Shown here piece after piece: positions 62,600-64,000 of a DNA stretch of 64,000 bases (position 1 is its first letter; every line of letters starts with the position of its first letter). The position numbers and the translations under genes are program-made. Source of the DNA: Octopus sinensis (lineage: Eukaryota); NCBI RefSeq assembly GCF_006345805.1, contig NC_043005.1, positions 62,186,001 to 62,250,000 on the forward strand. Reading direction: 5' to 3'. The notes below the pieces were generated by a model. That model worked only from the letters and a program-made list of their open reading frames with translations. It had not been told where the DNA came from and did not search any database.

Positions 62600-64000
62600 A
62601 ACAACAAACAAGATGAGGACAAATATCTGTTGAATGTAAATAGTGCTCAGCTTGTACTTATTTTTATTGAAGATGAAAGGCAAAATCGACCTCACCAGAA
62701 TTTGAACTCAGAATGTAAAGCCAGAAGAAAATGCCATTGAGCATTTTGTTGGGTCTGCTAGTAATTCTGCCTATGCTGCCTTAGAAACACTACACAGTGT
62801 GACAGTAATGAAAATTTTCTTAAGAAACATTAATTAGAACTATAGGAGATAAACTAAAACACAAGGAATACAGATCAAAACCTTACAAGAATAACAATAT
62901 GAGATCCTCAATACACAATATACAGTTTAATGGATTTCAAGAAAGAGAAACAGAACTGTTTTGGTTTCAGTTATTCTATAATTTTGTTTTTAATGTTTAT
63001 TCATGTTAGCAATCTCCCATCAGTTATGAAAACATGGCATCATGTTATCTTACTCATTTACACTTTAGCCAATTAATTTCCTGAGAAGTGATACCACCTC
63101 AAAGCTTTCTGAACAAAAAAAATCAATACACAAATTTGTTCTTGTACATTATGATAGTTTTGTCCAATAGATTACTTCAAATTAATATAAAATTAGATAA
63201 AGTATTGCCACAATTTTAGAGCTTCACTACTTCACTGATGATACGATTTCACTTTTCTGTGGAAGTGAGAGTAAAAACACTTTTCATAAGTTCAGTGATT
63301 TATAGAAATATGAGACTTAAAGTAACTTAACATAATAAAGCAAAACATTGTTTGCTTGGTTAAGTTGCACGTACTTTAGATCCCCCTTCTGATACATTTA
63401 CTCATCAGTTTTATATTTGATTTTCTATGCTAGCATATGTAAGATCAATATGTATCGATGCATTATTTTACTGCTGGATCCCTTTCTATCACTAAGTATT
63501 ACATATTTTTCAAGTAATTGAATTTTCATTCTATTTATCTTTGAAAGAGCAAAGTTATGGTATAATTTTATTAGCAGAGAATATCTACAAATGTTACTGT
63601 TTTAAGATTCAACATTTTCATGCAAGGGTGTGGAACGTAAACATTCATATAGGCAAACACATACACACACACGTGCATGCACAAACATACATACACTTGT
63701 ACATACACACACGCACACAAACATACACACACACACACTACGAGCTTCTATACAGTTTCTGTCTACCAATTCCACTCAGCCTTAAGTTTCAGTAGAAGAT
63801 ACCAAAGGTACCACACAGTGTGACATAACTGCCTATACCTCAAATATTGTATATAAATAATAAATTGATACAAAGAATAAACGGTGCCATTTCAACTATA
63901 CCTGTCCTATGTATATAGATAAATGATAATAAAATTAAATAGGTCTGACATGTTAATTTAATGAACCTGAAGATTTCAAAGTTACCTTAATTGCAAAAAA

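Larger units (their letters stand above)
62168..62641. mobile_element. Second palindromic Penelope-derived tRNA/hammerhead element, inserted into a family C SINE
   Basis: Centre ccc-AC-ggg (62461-62462), i.e. opposite orientation to the 33419 copy. Left arm complete (tRNA-like 62388-62460). The right arm has lost most of the tRNA part by an AGTG-microhomology deletion (gtgtagtg|acctg). Family C sequence resumes at 62642-62785. Confidence 0.92.

Noticed and set aside
63053-63110. Exon-like segment with a strong acceptor (ttttttgttcag) and a gtaag donor on the minus strand
   Set aside because: All three frames contain stops; could only be non-coding or cryptic.

Overview
Strongly AT-rich, repeat-dense animal genomic DNA. 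The repeat families (tRNA-derived SINEs, (ATG)n-tailed elements, TA/CA microsatellites) look like those of an octopus or related coleoid cephalopod; this is inferred from pattern recognition, not from a database search. The window lies almost entirely inside the long introns of one minus-strand MAGUK p55-subfamily gene (MPP7-like). Two coding exons are well supported: the end of the PDZ domain plus linker (47337-47411) and the whole SH3 domain (31388-31605), separated by a 15,731-bp intron. No convincing HOOK/GUK or N-terminal PDZ exon was found. The rest is transposon debris: a DD37D Tc1/mariner remnant, RTE and RTE-X LINE 3' ends, a Helitron helicase fragment, a solo LTR with intact 4-bp TSD, piggyBac- and Tigger-like MITEs, foldbacks and at least four SINE-like families. 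The most striking system is a Penelope-like retroelement (GIY-YIG remnant, 35894-36420). Its 3' region carries a tRNA-Arg-like Pol III head followed by a minimal hammerhead ribozyme. The same unit occurs twice more as ~470-550-bp head-to-head palindromes (33419-33967, 62168-62641) centred on a small hairpin that is also present at the Penelope locus. One ribozyme copy (62256-62301, minus strand, i.e. host sense strand) keeps every core nucleotide and a GUC cleavage site. Repeat boundaries are approximate unless TSD or TIR coordinates are given, and identities were estimated by eye.
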